DNA of 64,000 nt from positions 12,419-76,418 of the forward strand of contig JACOXH010000003.1 in NCBI GenBank assembly GCA_016176415.1, in the 5' to 3' direction. The notes beneath the pieces were generated by a model. It did no database searches. It saw only the letters and a program-made list of their open reading frames with translations, and had not been told where the DNA came from. The stretch's first letter is position 1. The number at the start of each line of letters is the position of its first letter. Origin of the DNA: Candidatus Daviesbacteria bacterium (GTDB lineage Bacteria; Patescibacteriota; Microgenomatia; Daviesbacterales; UBA10151). Shown here piece by piece: positions 8,852-17,944 of the stretch. The position numbers were made by a program, and so were the translations under genes.

Positions 8852-9934
8852 TTAAGTTAATGCATATATTGGGAGTCTTATTGATCTTGCAAAATTTAAC
8901 AAAAGACGCTCTGTTTCTTTCCAACCAATACAACCATCTGTTAATGAAACTCCGCGTTTAGGAGTTTTGCCAGGAACGTAGCTTTGTTGACCTTCAACTA
9001 AATTACTTTCAATTAAAAGTCCCATTATCCGTCGTTGTCCGGTTTTGATTTGATCTAAAACATTTTCAGCAACACCTGATTGTTTTTTATAATCCTTTGA
9101 AGAATTTCCGTGCGAACAATCTATCATTATCGGGCGACTAGATTCAGTAAGCAATCCAGCTCCTTCGACTAAATTAACTGCATTACCGATAGATACTGCA
9201 TCGTAATTTGTACCCTTATTGCTACCTCTTAAAACAATATGAGTATCCGGATTGCCGTTTGTTTTTACTACTGCTACCCTGCCCGATGCGTCAATACCGT
9301 AAAAAGTATGACTACTAGCTGCTGATACCATAGCATCGGCGGCTACTTTGATATTACCTTCAGTAGAATTTTTAAATCCAACAGGCATTGATAATCCGCT
9401 GGCAAGCTGCCTATGAGTTTGACTTTCTGTAGTTCTGGCTCCAATGGCAGCCCATGAGACTAGCTCGTCAAAATATTGCGGTGTGAATGGGTCTAAAAAT
9501 TCAACAGCACAGGGTAATCCTAGTTTATTAACATCAGATAATACTTGACGTGAAATCGCGAGTCCTACACCTGGTGCCGCTGATCCATCCAAAGAGGGGT
9601 CGTATGCCAACCCCTTCCAGCCAACAGTTGTTCGAGGTTTTTCAAAGTAAGTTCGCATTACAATAACTAAATCGTCTTCAACTCTTTTTTTGATATCTAT
9701 TAGTGTCTCGGCATATTCAATTGCTTGCTCCGGGTCATGTATTGAGCATGGGCCAACAACCAATAGCAATCTTCTGCTATCTCGTCCATGCAGTATATCG
9801 CCGATTTCTCTCCGGGTCTTTACCACCAGATCATCGCTGCCATTTGTAATTCTTTTTTTTAGTTCAATAGGTGATTCAATTGGAGTGATTGAAGTAACCC
9901 GCGTATTTATAATATTGCTTTCTATTTTGTTCAT
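8852..9934 (-). CDS. aroG: 3-deoxy-7-phosphoheptulonate (DAHP) synthase, class I alpha (AroG/AroF type)
   Basis: Long collinear identity to E. coli AroG: 'LLVVGPCSIHDP', 'YFEKPRTTVGWKGL', 'GARTTESQ', 'DCSHGNS', 'DGCIGW'. Confidence 0.9.
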   Translation of the reverse strand: MNKIESNIINTRVTSITPIESPIELKKRITNGSDDLVVKTRREIGDILHGRDSRRLLLVVGPCSIHDPEQAIEYAETLIDIKKRVEDDLVIVMRTYFEKPRTTVGWKGLAYDPSLDGSAAPGVGLAISRQVLSDVNKLGLPCAVEFLDPFTPQYFDELVSWAAIGARTTESQTHRQLASGLSMPVGFKNSTEGNIKVAADAMVSAASSHTFYGIDASGRVAVVKTNGNPDTHIVLRGSNKGTNYDAVSIGNAVNLVEGAGLLTESSRPIMIDCSHGNSSKDYKKQSGVAENVLDQIKTGQRRIMGLLIESNLVEGQQSYVPGKTPKRGVSLTDGCIGWKETERLLLNFARSIRLPIYALT

Positions 9935-9960
9935 AAATTTATAACCTGTTAACCATAAAA

Positions 9961-9992
9961 AAACCTCCCAGTCCGGGAGGTTATAATTGGTT
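9961..9992 (-). terminator. Attenuator terminator between leader peptide and aroG start (AACCUCCC-ggacu-GGGAGGUU + U7)
   Basis: 8-bp stem plus 7 U on minus strand, about 27 nt upstream of aroG ATG. Confidence 0.45.
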
Positions 9993-10010
9993 GAAACCTT
10001 TAAAAGGTTT

Positions 10011-10079
10011 TTATCCCAACAAGCCTCCCTCCTTTCGGAAGGTAAAGCTAAACCAAAAATAATTCTTTACGAGATTCAT
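10011..10079 (-). CDS. Putative aromatic-rich leader peptide MNLVKNYFWFSFTFRKEGGLLG (22 aa)
   Basis: Codons UAU UUU UGG UUU AGC UUU ACC UUC in a row. Overlaps a 1:2 hairpin (CCUUCC-GAAA-GGAGGG) whose 3' arm can alternatively pair with the terminator 5' arm. Confidence 0.3.
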   Translation of the reverse strand: MNLVKNYFWFSFTFRKEGGLLG

Positions 10080-10148
10080 AAAAAGTACTTTACCATCGAA
10101 GATGGCATCTTGTCAATATTCTTACTCTGCTGATATGATGCAGAAAGT

Positions 10149-11492
10149 ATGGAGAGAACATTAATTTTAGACTGTAATGAGAAAATTGATCAAACAGTAC
10201 ATATTTGTGGTTTTGTGCAAGTCAGGCGCGATCACGGAAAAATTGTATTTTTAGACATAGCTGACAGATCTGCTGTTATTCAGGTGGTAATATCGTCAGA
10301 TGCAATCCACCTCGAAGGAGTCAAAGCCCACCTTCGAGGTGATATTAGGCCGCAGGATGTTGTCTGTATAACAGGAAAAGTTAATAAACGCCCCGAACAC
10401 TTAATAAATAAAAATATCCCTACAGGCGGTATTGAGATTTTTGCTGAGAGTATTGAAGTTTTGTCAAAAGCATCAGAATTACCTTTTGACATGGGCGGAA
10501 AGGATCTGGATCTGCAGCTTCCCACTTTGCTGGATTACCGTTCTTTAACTTTGCGTCACCCAAAAATAAAATCAATTTTTAAAGTGCAGTCTGCAATTTT
10601 AGAAGGTTTTAGAAAAGCAGTAAAAGAGATTGGGTGTACTGAAATTGTAGTGCCCACTATTGTGGCAGGTTCTACAGAAGGAGGGGCAGAAGTGTTTAAA
10701 GTAGATTATTTTGAACACAAAGCATATTTATCCCAAAGCCCGCAACTTTATAAACAAATGTTGATACCGGTATTGGAAAGAGTGTTTACCATTGCCAAAG
10801 CATACAGAGCAGAACCTTCAGTCACAACCAGACATTTAACAGAGGTAACTCAAATGGATGTGGAAATTGGATTTACCAACTTTGAGGAACTATTGGATAT
10901 TTTGGAAAATACTGCCACAAATATGTTGGAGTTTTGCCAAAAAGAATGCGAAGATATTTTATCTGAATTTGGAGTGGAAAAAATTAGTATTGGAAAAATT
11001 CCCAGACTTACTTTAAGAGAAGCACAAGAGTTAATTTTAAAAGAGTTTGGCCGTGACAACAGAAAAGAGAAAGATTTAACACCGCAAGATGAAATTGATC
11101 TTTGTAAGTGGGCCAAAGAAAAACACGACAGTGATTTTGTGACGGTGACTCATTTTCCAACTAATGCCAAGCCTTTTTATACTATGCCTGACCCCAAAAA
11201 TCCTGAATATTCTCTAAGTTATGATTTGCTTTTCAGGGGGGTTGAGGTAATGAGTGGTAGTCAAAGGATTAATGATTATGGGCAGCTGGTAGATTCTATT
11301 AAAGGAAGGGGCATGGATCCGGATAGTTTTGAGATGTATCTTCAGGCTTTTAAATACGGCATGCCTCCTGAAGGAGGATTTTCTTTCGGTTTGGAAAGAG
11401 TAACAATGCATGTATTAAATCTTGCTAATATCAGAGAAGCTTCACTTTTTCCCAGAGATATGGAAAGAGTAGATACTAGATTAAGTAAGTGA
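10149..11492 (+). CDS. aspS: Class IIb aspartyl/asparaginyl-tRNA synthetase (archaeal/type-2 AspRS-like)
   Basis: N-terminal OB anticodon-binding domain. Class II motifs 'FRAE', 'GGFSFGLERV', C-terminal 'FPRD'. Size ~447 aa fits type-2 AspRS/AsnRS. Confidence 0.75.
   Translation: MERTLILDCNEKIDQTVHICGFVQVRRDHGKIVFLDIADRSAVIQVVISSDAIHLEGVKAHLRGDIRPQDVVCITGKVNKRPEHLINKNIPTGGIEIFAESIEVLSKASELPFDMGGKDLDLQLPTLLDYRSLTLRHPKIKSIFKVQSAILEGFRKAVKEIGCTEIVVPTIVAGSTEGGAEVFKVDYFEHKAYLSQSPQLYKQMLIPVLERVFTIAKAYRAEPSVTTRHLTEVTQMDVEIGFTNFEELLDILENTATNMLEFCQKECEDILSEFGVEKISIGKIPRLTLREAQELILKEFGRDNRKEKDLTPQDEIDLCKWAKEKHDSDFVTVTHFPTNAKPFYTMPDPKNPEYSLSYDLLFRGVEVMSGSQRINDYGQLVDSIKGRGMDPDSFEMYLQAFKYGMPPEGGFSFGLERVTMHVLNLANIREASLFPRDMERVDTRLSK
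10307..10341. repeat. REP-like hairpin copy (CCACCTCGAAGG-AGTCAAAGCCCA-CCTTCGAGGTG) in-frame in aspS
   Basis: Same loop and outer stem as 4284-4321 copy. Inner stem GGGG/CCCC replaced by AAGG/CCTT (compensatory). Confidence 0.7.
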
Positions 11493-11498
11493 TTTTTC

Positions 11499-12413
11499 AT
11501 GAAGTATTATTTTTATTCCGTCGTTTTAATTCTGGCAGCAATTTTTATTGTAACTGCTTTTTCTTTTTCTGCTGATTTTGTTGATAATTTGATTGTTTCC
11601 TTACAGATTCCTCAGAATAATTCTCAGATTGCAGGTGTCCAAAAATACAATATTCCTCCCATAAGTAAAAACTTACCGGTCCCTTCTTTTTCTGCGAGGG
11701 CAGTTCTAATAAAAGATTTAGGAACGGGTAGCGCTCTTTTTCAAAAAGATGTTAATATTTCATATCCAATTGCTTCCACAACCAAGATTATTACAGCTTT
11801 AGTAGCAAATGAATATTTTAAACAGAATTCTGTTCTGACGGTTGGTAAAAGTGCTGCTATGCCCGGTTCAAAAGTCGGGCTTTATCAGGGAGAAGATTTA
11901 AGTTTCCGCTCCTTGCTTTACGGAATGTTGCTAAATTCCGGTAATGATGCTGCTTTTGCTTTGGCAGAAAACTATCCCGGGGGAGTATTGGGGTTTGTTT
12001 CTGCTATGAACAAAAAAGTTATGGATTTGGAGCTTAAAAACACGCATTTTGATAATCCTGCAGGTTTTGACAGTCCTAAACATTATTCTTCTGCTGCAGA
12101 TTTGGCAGTTATTACAGAGGAAGCTTTGAAAGATTCAACACTGGCCCGGATATTTGCCACCAAAGAGACAAATATTGTTTCTTTAGATAAAAAATATACT
12201 CACCAGCTATTTAATTTAAACAGGCTTTTGTCAGATGTTAAAGGGGTGTTGGGGGTTAAAACCGGTACCACAGAAGGAGCAAAAGAGAATCTGGTAACTT
12301 TGGTAGAAAGAGACGGTCATAAAGTGCTGTTGGTATTGTTGGGGAGTGACAGCAGGTTTGCAGAAACCACAAAATTAATTGATTGGACTTATTCTAATTT
12401 TGACTGGCCCTGA
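11499..12413 (+). CDS. D-alanyl-D-alanine carboxypeptidase (S11 serine peptidase, PBP5-like)
   Basis: SxxK 'ASTTK', SxN 'SGND', KTG 'KTGTT'. N-terminal signal/TM. Confidence 0.8.
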   Translation: MKYYFYSVVLILAAIFIVTAFSFSADFVDNLIVSLQIPQNNSQIAGVQKYNIPPISKNLPVPSFSARAVLIKDLGTGSALFQKDVNISYPIASTTKIITALVANEYFKQNSVLTVGKSAAMPGSKVGLYQGEDLSFRSLLYGMLLNSGNDAAFALAENYPGGVLGFVSAMNKKVMDLELKNTHFDNPAGFDSPKHYSSAADLAVITEEALKDSTLARIFATKETNIVSLDKKYTHQLFNLNRLLSDVKGVLGVKTGTTEGAKENLVTLVERDGHKVLLVLLGSDSRFAETTKLIDWTYSNFDWP

Positions 12414-13465
12414 TATTGGTCAGGAACAGCTGAAACATAAGCCATAAATTGAGGCCCTTCAAAGATAAAAATCGGCTGGAGGTAGGGACTGTAATTTTGA
12501 GGTAAGTAGTAGCCTAAGCTGACAGAAGAGATGGAAACCTGAGGCTTTTCCGGTTCAATAATAACTACCCCTTTACCGCTTTTTAAATCCTCAAACGCTA
12601 AGGCAGTATCTTTAAGAGGGTAGGTGGCAAAGGTAGAGGCGTCTATCGGATGATAGGTAAAATCCAGTGACAAATAATTGTCTATTTGAGAAGAGCTTCC
12701 CAAAACAACAGCAGTAACCAGGGATTCATCGGATCTGGCTGTTAGAACAGGCTTGCCGTCTACTGAATTTGGCCATAAAGAGATTTGAGCAGCCTGCGCT
12801 TCAGATCTGATTTGAGTAGGAATTAAAGCATTTTGAAATATTTTAAATAATACAACTTTATCTCTGCCTGCAGCCAGATCGTCTTTTATCATCCCCAAGG
12901 TAGCAAGAATAGATTTAAATCCTGAAACCAAACTGGTGTTATCGCTCAGACTTTCTTTAGCTGAAGGAGAAGATTCATTGGTATAGGAAAAATTCCCGTT
13001 ATCCAAATCTACAAAAAGGGTTTTATCGTTTTGAGAGAATTGATATTGTGTTTCACTTAAAATTTGCGGTTGTTCGGTTATGTCAAATTGCCGGGCTAAA
13101 TTTGTGGAACGGTCTGGTGAAAGCAGTGTGGCAAAAGACCGGGTAATAAAATAAACTTTGATCAGTTTTTCAAAACCCTCATCTTGTCCTATGCGCGGCA
13201 GGCCGCCTGTGACAGTATCCAAAGAATAGGAAAAGTTGGAGGAGGAAACAGAGACTTTGGGGAAGTCAATTGGAGGAAGTGTCCCGAATTTGAGATCAGG
13301 TTTTTCTTCAACAGGGGGCAAATTTGCCAGGTAGTATGCATGCCAAACGTTGTAGCCTATCAAACCCCCAATCAACAGCACCAAACCAATCACTGTAAAT
13401 ACAATGATTTGTCTTGTTAAAATGGCAGTTTGAGTCAGGGTCATGGGCGTACTGTTATTATACAA
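12389..13465 (-). CDS. Hypothetical membrane-anchored protein
   Basis: 358-aa ORF with N-terminal TM; no family recognised. Confidence 0.4.
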   Translation of the reverse strand: MYNNSTPMTLTQTAILTRQIIVFTVIGLVLLIGGLIGYNVWHAYYLANLPPVEEKPDLKFGTLPPIDFPKVSVSSSNFSYSLDTVTGGLPRIGQDEGFEKLIKVYFITRSFATLLSPDRSTNLARQFDITEQPQILSETQYQFSQNDKTLFVDLDNGNFSYTNESSPSAKESLSDNTSLVSGFKSILATLGMIKDDLAAGRDKVVLFKIFQNALIPTQIRSEAQAAQISLWPNSVDGKPVLTARSDESLVTAVVLGSSSQIDNYLSLDFTYHPIDASTFATYPLKDTALAFEDLKSGKGVVIIEPEKPQVSISSVSLGYYLPQNYSPYLQPIFIFEGPQFMAYVSAVPDQYQGQSKLE

Positions 13466-13488
13466 GAATGAGGGATATAATGATTGCT

Positions 13489-14802
13489 ATGAAAATAAAA
13501 ACAAGATTTGCTCCCTCTCCAACAGGCATGATGCATATCGGAGGAGTGAGAACTGCTCTATACGCCTGTCTGGTTGCCAGAAAAAATGGCGGGATGTTTT
13601 CCTTAAGAATAGAAGATACTGACAGATACAGGTTTGTGCCTGAAGCTCAGGAAGACATAATTGCCGGTCTTAAATGGCTGGGGTTGGAATTTGACGGAGA
13701 ACCTATTATTCAGTCAGAAAGAAAAGATTTGTATCAGAAATATGCAAAAGAATTAGTGGATAAAGGTTTGGCTTACGAGAGTGACGGGGCTGTCTGGTTT
13801 AAGATGCCAAAAGAGGGAGAGGTTAGGTTTAAGGATTTAATCGGTGAAAGGGAAGTGGTTTTTAATTTGGCAGATCAAAAGGATTTTGTACTTTTAAAAT
13901 CTGACGGTTTTCCCACATATCATCTGGCTCATGTGGTTGATGATCATTTGATGGAAACAAATCCGGTAATCAGGGGAGATGAGTGGCTGCCTTCAATTCC
14001 AAAACATATTTTAACTTTTAAAGCCTTTGATTGGGAGATTCCCTCTTATGCTCATCTGCCTTTGATTGTGGGAACTGACAGAGCAAAACTTTCCAAAAGA
14101 CACGGGGCCAAATCAGTGGGAGAATTCAGAAAAGACGGATTTTTGCCTGAAGCAATTTTAAATTACATGGCGCTTTTGGGCTGGACCCCACCAAATGATA
14201 AAGAAATTTTAAGTTTTGAAGAGATGGTGAAATTATTTGATTTAAAAGATGTGCACTGGGCTCCTGCTGTTTTTGATGTTACAAAACTGGAATGGATGAA
14301 TGGGGAGTATATCAGGAAATCTCAAAACTCAAATCTCAAAACTCAAATCTCAAATTATTTAAAAGATTTGTCAGGGGGAGCTTTGGAGCATCCTACAGAA
14401 GAAGAAATTGAGAAAGTAGTTCCTTTAGTTAAAGAAAGAATTAAAAAATTATCTGATTTTGTGCCTTTAACAGACTTTTTATGGGAAAAGCCGGAATATG
14501 ATCAGTCTCAATTTAAAAAATTAAATATTAAAAATGAAAAAGAAGTACTGGAAAAGGTTTTGGAAAAACTGGAAGAGATGGAAAAACCATGGGATGCTAA
14601 AATATTTGAAGAGACTTTCAGAAAACTGGCTGAGGATTTAGAGTTATCAGCTTCTCAGATGTTTCAGCTGATCAGAGTATCGGTTTCAGGACAAACTGTA
14701 ACTCCACCGCTTTTTGAAAGCATACAAATTTTAGGGGAAGAAGAAACTAAAATCAGGATAAGAGATGCTGTAGAGTTTGTGAAAAATTCCCCCGTTGCAT
14801 AG
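13489..14802 (+). CDS. gltX: Glutamate--tRNA ligase
   Basis: 'FAPSPTGMMHIGGVRTALY' (HIGH) and 'KLSKRHG' (KMSKS). Likely start MKIKTRF at 13489 (track ORF begins 13414). Confidence 0.85.
   Translation: MKIKTRFAPSPTGMMHIGGVRTALYACLVARKNGGMFSLRIEDTDRYRFVPEAQEDIIAGLKWLGLEFDGEPIIQSERKDLYQKYAKELVDKGLAYESDGAVWFKMPKEGEVRFKDLIGEREVVFNLADQKDFVLLKSDGFPTYHLAHVVDDHLMETNPVIRGDEWLPSIPKHILTFKAFDWEIPSYAHLPLIVGTDRAKLSKRHGAKSVGEFRKDGFLPEAILNYMALLGWTPPNDKEILSFEEMVKLFDLKDVHWAPAVFDVTKLEWMNGEYIRKSQNSNLKTQISNYLKDLSGGALEHPTEEEIEKVVPLVKERIKKLSDFVPLTDFLWEKPEYDQSQFKKLNIKNEKEVLEKVLEKLEEMEKPWDAKIFEETFRKLAEDLELSASQMFQLIRVSVSGQTVTPPLFESIQILGEEETKIRIRDAVEFVKNSPVA
14320..14356. repeat. 2.6 tandem copies of 14-mer TCTCAAAACTCAAA inside gltX
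   Basis: Seen directly. Translates 'KSQNSNLKTQISN'. Confidence 0.6.
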
Positions 14803-14832
14803 TTTAGGGCTTTCTGATAATATGCGGCCATA

Positions 14833-15180
14833 ATGGAAGACCCAAAGTGGCTAAGACTAGTGACTATTGGTTTAGTTCTGGCAGCAGTTGCTGTGGGGTA
14901 CTTTTTATTAAGCGGCAGATTTACTTCAGATACTAAAAAGCCTGCAACTCAAATCAGTCAGGCAAGTCCTACTCCAACCATGAGTCCTGTCCCCACTCAA
15001 ACACCAGCAACTCCTTCACCCGCTTCTGCTTATGACAGAATTGCCCAAAGGACAAACGGAGCAACTGGCGGACAGAATCTGCAAACACTTCCAAGGACAG
15101 GTTTTCCAATAGGGGCAGCAGCTGCTTTATCAGGATCTGCTATTTTAATTGGCTGGGGTCTTAAACGTTTTCCTCATTAG
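14833..15180 (+). CDS. Small putative sortase substrate: N-terminal TM/signal, Pro/Thr-rich linker, LPRTG + hydrophobic + KR tail
   Basis: '...QTLPRTGFPIGAAAALSGSAILIGWGLKRFPH' is a classic LPXTG cell-wall sorting signal architecture. Confidence 0.5.
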   Translation: MEDPKWLRLVTIGLVLAAVAVGYFLLSGRFTSDTKKPATQISQASPTPTMSPVPTQTPATPSPASAYDRIAQRTNGATGGQNLQTLPRTGFPIGAAAALSGSAILIGWGLKRFPH

Positions 15181-15216
15181 TTTATACAGGTAAAAATTGG
15201 TATAATTTCCATGCAT

Positions 15217-15287
15217 TGCGGGATCATCTAACGGTAGGATACATGCCTCTGGAGCATGGCATCTTGGTTCAAATCCAAGTCCCGCAA
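15217..15287 (+). tRNA. tRNA-Gln (anticodon CUG)
   Basis: Manual fold: acceptor TGCGGGA/TCCCGCA, D-loop with GG, anticodon stem CATGC/GCATG with loop CTCTGGA (U33, anticodon CTG), T-arm CTTGG-TTCAAAT-CCAAG, discriminator A. CCA not encoded. Confidence 0.75.
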
Positions 15288-15365
15288 CCCTTCGACTTTG
15301 GTTCGACTACTTCGACTCCGCTCAGTACAGGAACGCTCACCATCGCTCAGGGTTATAACCCTGAT
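15288..15365. repeat. Family-2 repeat cluster immediately 3' of tRNA-Gln (TTCGACT x3, CGCTCAG x2, palindrome CAGGGTTATAACCCTG)
   Basis: Direct reading; related copies at 22061-22106 (inverted), 40438-40457, 6067-6117, 49731-49756. Confidence 0.55.
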
Positions 15366-15385
15366 AAATGTACTATACTTACTTA

Positions 15386-15691
15386 ATGAGTAGGTCGAAG
15401 GGCTGTTATACTGTTTATATTCTTAGGACCTCTGCTAATACACTGTATATTGGTCAAACTAATAATTTAGAAAAAAGGCTAAAAGAACATCAAAATAAAT
15501 CTTCCAAATCTGCCAAATATATTAAATATTTTGATTCTTTTCGATTGGTTTACTCAGAACAATACCCTACCAGAATTGAAACAATGAGAAGAGAATATCA
15601 ACTTAAACATTGGTCAAAAGCTAAAAAAGAAGCATTAATTTCCGGTAACGTGCAATTAATAAAATTGCCAAAACTGCAACAGCCACAATAA
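15386..15691 (+). CDS. GIY-YIG nuclease-family small protein
   Basis: 'YTVYILRTSANTLYIGQTNNLEKRLKEH' is the GIY-YIG motif. Likely start MSRSKGCY (track ORF starts 15368). Confidence 0.7.
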   Translation: MSRSKGCYTVYILRTSANTLYIGQTNNLEKRLKEHQNKSSKSAKYIKYFDSFRLVYSEQYPTRIETMRREYQLKHWSKAKKEALISGNVQLIKLPKLQQPQ

Positions 15692-16046
15692 GCCAAACCA
15701 TATAACCATAATAGCAGATATAATAAATTGATTTGTGGCATGGCAGTGAGCACCCGTCCTGAACTTGCTGAAGGATGTTGAATGGGCTATAGTACTGAGT
15801 GAAATCGAAGTGCTAAAATAAGGCAAGAAAATATGGGATTAAATGAAGCAGATACAAGAATACAATTAATGACTCTAATTCTAATGCTTGTGATTGGTAT
15901 GAGTACCTTATTACAGTTTCTGGAAAATCAAAAGCTGGATGATGAACCTGTAAAAACACCATTCACGCCTATCTTTGCAACGACAAGTTCTAACTACAGT
16001 GGTACTGCTAGTGGCACAACTACCACTTTGTAGGTAAAATAAAAAA

Positions 16047-17714
16047 ATGGCACAACTACAATTTAAAGGAAAACAATTTGTACAAAATCATCATTTATCT
16101 GTTCCTTATCATGAGTTGATTCCCAAAAAGGATAAAAGTTTAACGGATAAAGTTAGCTTGCATGATAATTTAATTATTCATGGTGATAATCTAAAGGCAT
16201 TAAAAGCCTTACTCCCCACTTACGCTGGTAAAATCAAATGTATTTATATTGATCCTCCATATAACACAGGTAATGAGGGATGGGTTTACTCCGATAATGT
16301 TAATTCCCCAATGATTCAGGAATGGCTGAAGGCAAATAAACCAGTAGACAACGAAGACCTAACCCGTCATGACAAATGGCTTTGTATGATGACTCCACGA
16401 CTTAAACTTCTTAGAGAGCTACTAAAAGATGATGGTGTAATTTTTGTATCAATAGATGACAACGAAGTTCATCACTTACGAATGTTAATGGATGAAATTT
16501 TTGGAGCGGAAAACTTTATAGCCATACTTCCTACGATAATGAACCTAAAAGGAAATCAGGATCAATATGGTTTCGCTGGAACGCATGAATATATTGTTGT
16601 ATTTGCTAATTATAGAGATAAGTCTAAGGTAGGAGAGTTTAGTTTAAATAATTTAGAGGAAGAGGGGTGGGAGGAAGACGAGGTTAGTTATTTTAAAAAG
16701 GGCGCAAATCTAAAATCTTCAGGGGTTAATGCGCCTCGAGAGAAGAGACCCAACCTTTACTTTCCTATTTATATTACAAAGGATAACAATATTATCCTAA
16801 ATAGATCTTCTAAAGATGACTTAGAAATTTTCCCAGTTACTGACGGAAAAGAAATGTGTTGGCGATGGAGTAAAGAGAAAATGAAAAGCGAAACTTATGA
16901 TTTAATGGTTGCAAGAGAGGGGGATGTAGTTAGCATATACAAGAAACAGAGACCAGAATTAGGTGAGCTGCCCTCTAGAAAACCAAAATCACTATTTTAT
17001 AAACCGCAGTATAGTAGCGGTAATGGAACCAATCAAATAAAAACAATTTTTGGGGAGAAGGTTTTTGACAATCCTAAACCGCTTGAACTAATCAAAGATA
17101 TATTATCCATTTCAACTGACTCTGATTCAATAGTTTTGGATTCCTTCGCTGGCTCAGGAACTACAGCTCATGCTACGCTTGTCTTAAATAAAGAAGATGG
17201 TGGTAATCGTAAATTTATACTCGTTGAACTTGAAGATACTGTAGCAGATAAAATTACTGCTGAAAGAGTAAAAAAAGTTATCAAAGGTGTTCCAAGAGCG
17301 AGGAATGAGAATCTTAAAAATGGATTAGGTGGGACTTTTAGTTATTTTGAACTTGGGAAACCGATTGAGTTAGAAAGTATTCTTTCAGGAAGTAACTTAC
17401 CTACGTATAAAGAATTAGCTAGGTATGTATTTTATACTGCAACCGGTGAAGAATTTGACGAGAGTAAAGTTGATGAAGAGAAAAATTTTATTGGAGAAAG
17501 CAAAGATTATGAAGTCTACTTATTTTATAAACCGGATTTAGATTATCTTAAAAATACTGCATTAACTTTAGACCGTGCCAGATCTTTGGGTAAGCACAAC
17601 GGCAAAAAACGTCTTATTTTTGCTCCTGCAAAATATTTAGATCAAGATCATTTAGATGAACTAAGAATAGACTTTGCCCAGTTACCTTTTGAGATTTACA
17701 AACTAGCTAAATAA
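16047..17714 (+). CDS. mod: Type III restriction-modification system methyltransferase (Mod), N6-adenine/N4-cytosine beta-class
   Basis: Motif IV 'IYIDPPYNTG' precedes motif I 'DSFAGSGTTAHA'. 555 aa. Confidence 0.85.
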   Translation: MAQLQFKGKQFVQNHHLSVPYHELIPKKDKSLTDKVSLHDNLIIHGDNLKALKALLPTYAGKIKCIYIDPPYNTGNEGWVYSDNVNSPMIQEWLKANKPVDNEDLTRHDKWLCMMTPRLKLLRELLKDDGVIFVSIDDNEVHHLRMLMDEIFGAENFIAILPTIMNLKGNQDQYGFAGTHEYIVVFANYRDKSKVGEFSLNNLEEEGWEEDEVSYFKKGANLKSSGVNAPREKRPNLYFPIYITKDNNIILNRSSKDDLEIFPVTDGKEMCWRWSKEKMKSETYDLMVAREGDVVSIYKKQRPELGELPSRKPKSLFYKPQYSSGNGTNQIKTIFGEKVFDNPKPLELIKDILSISTDSDSIVLDSFAGSGTTAHATLVLNKEDGGNRKFILVELEDTVADKITAERVKKVIKGVPRARNENLKNGLGGTFSYFELGKPIELESILSGSNLPTYKELARYVFYTATGEEFDESKVDEEKNFIGESKDYEVYLFYKPDLDYLKNTALTLDRARSLGKHNGKKRLIFAPAKYLDQDHLDELRIDFAQLPFEIYKLAK

Positions 17715-17723
17715 CCAGATAAT

Positions 17724-17942
17724 ATGGCACGAGTAACTTTTAATTCAATTTTTATTCAACACCCTGATGGAAGCCTAGAACCGAGACAACGTATAAGAAT
17801 AAGTGGTATTGAATTGGGTCCTGGCGTCAGATTTACTAGAGGCGCATCCTTCGCTGGCATAGATTTTACTCAATTCATAGGTAGAGATTTGGATATTGGT
17901 ATTGGCGATGGAGGGATAGTTATTATTAAAGGAATTTATTAG
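17724..17942 (+). CDS. Hypothetical small protein between mod and res
   Basis: 72-aa ORF, tight spacing. Confidence 0.3.
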   Translation: MARVTFNSIFIQHPDGSLEPRQRIRISGIELGPGVRFTRGASFAGIDFTQFIGRDLDIGIGDGGIVIIKGIY

Positions 17943-17944
17943 AA

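Noticed and set aside
9935-14802. T-box leaders upstream of aspS and gltX
   Set aside because: No T-box consensus (AANNNGGGUGGNACCGCG) or specifier/antiterminator architecture seen in either 5' region.
15692-16046. ORF 15833-16033 (66 aa) between GIY-YIG gene and mod
   Set aside because: No RBS, odd composition (Thr/Ser tail); possibly part of the mod promoter region. Retained only as a possibility.
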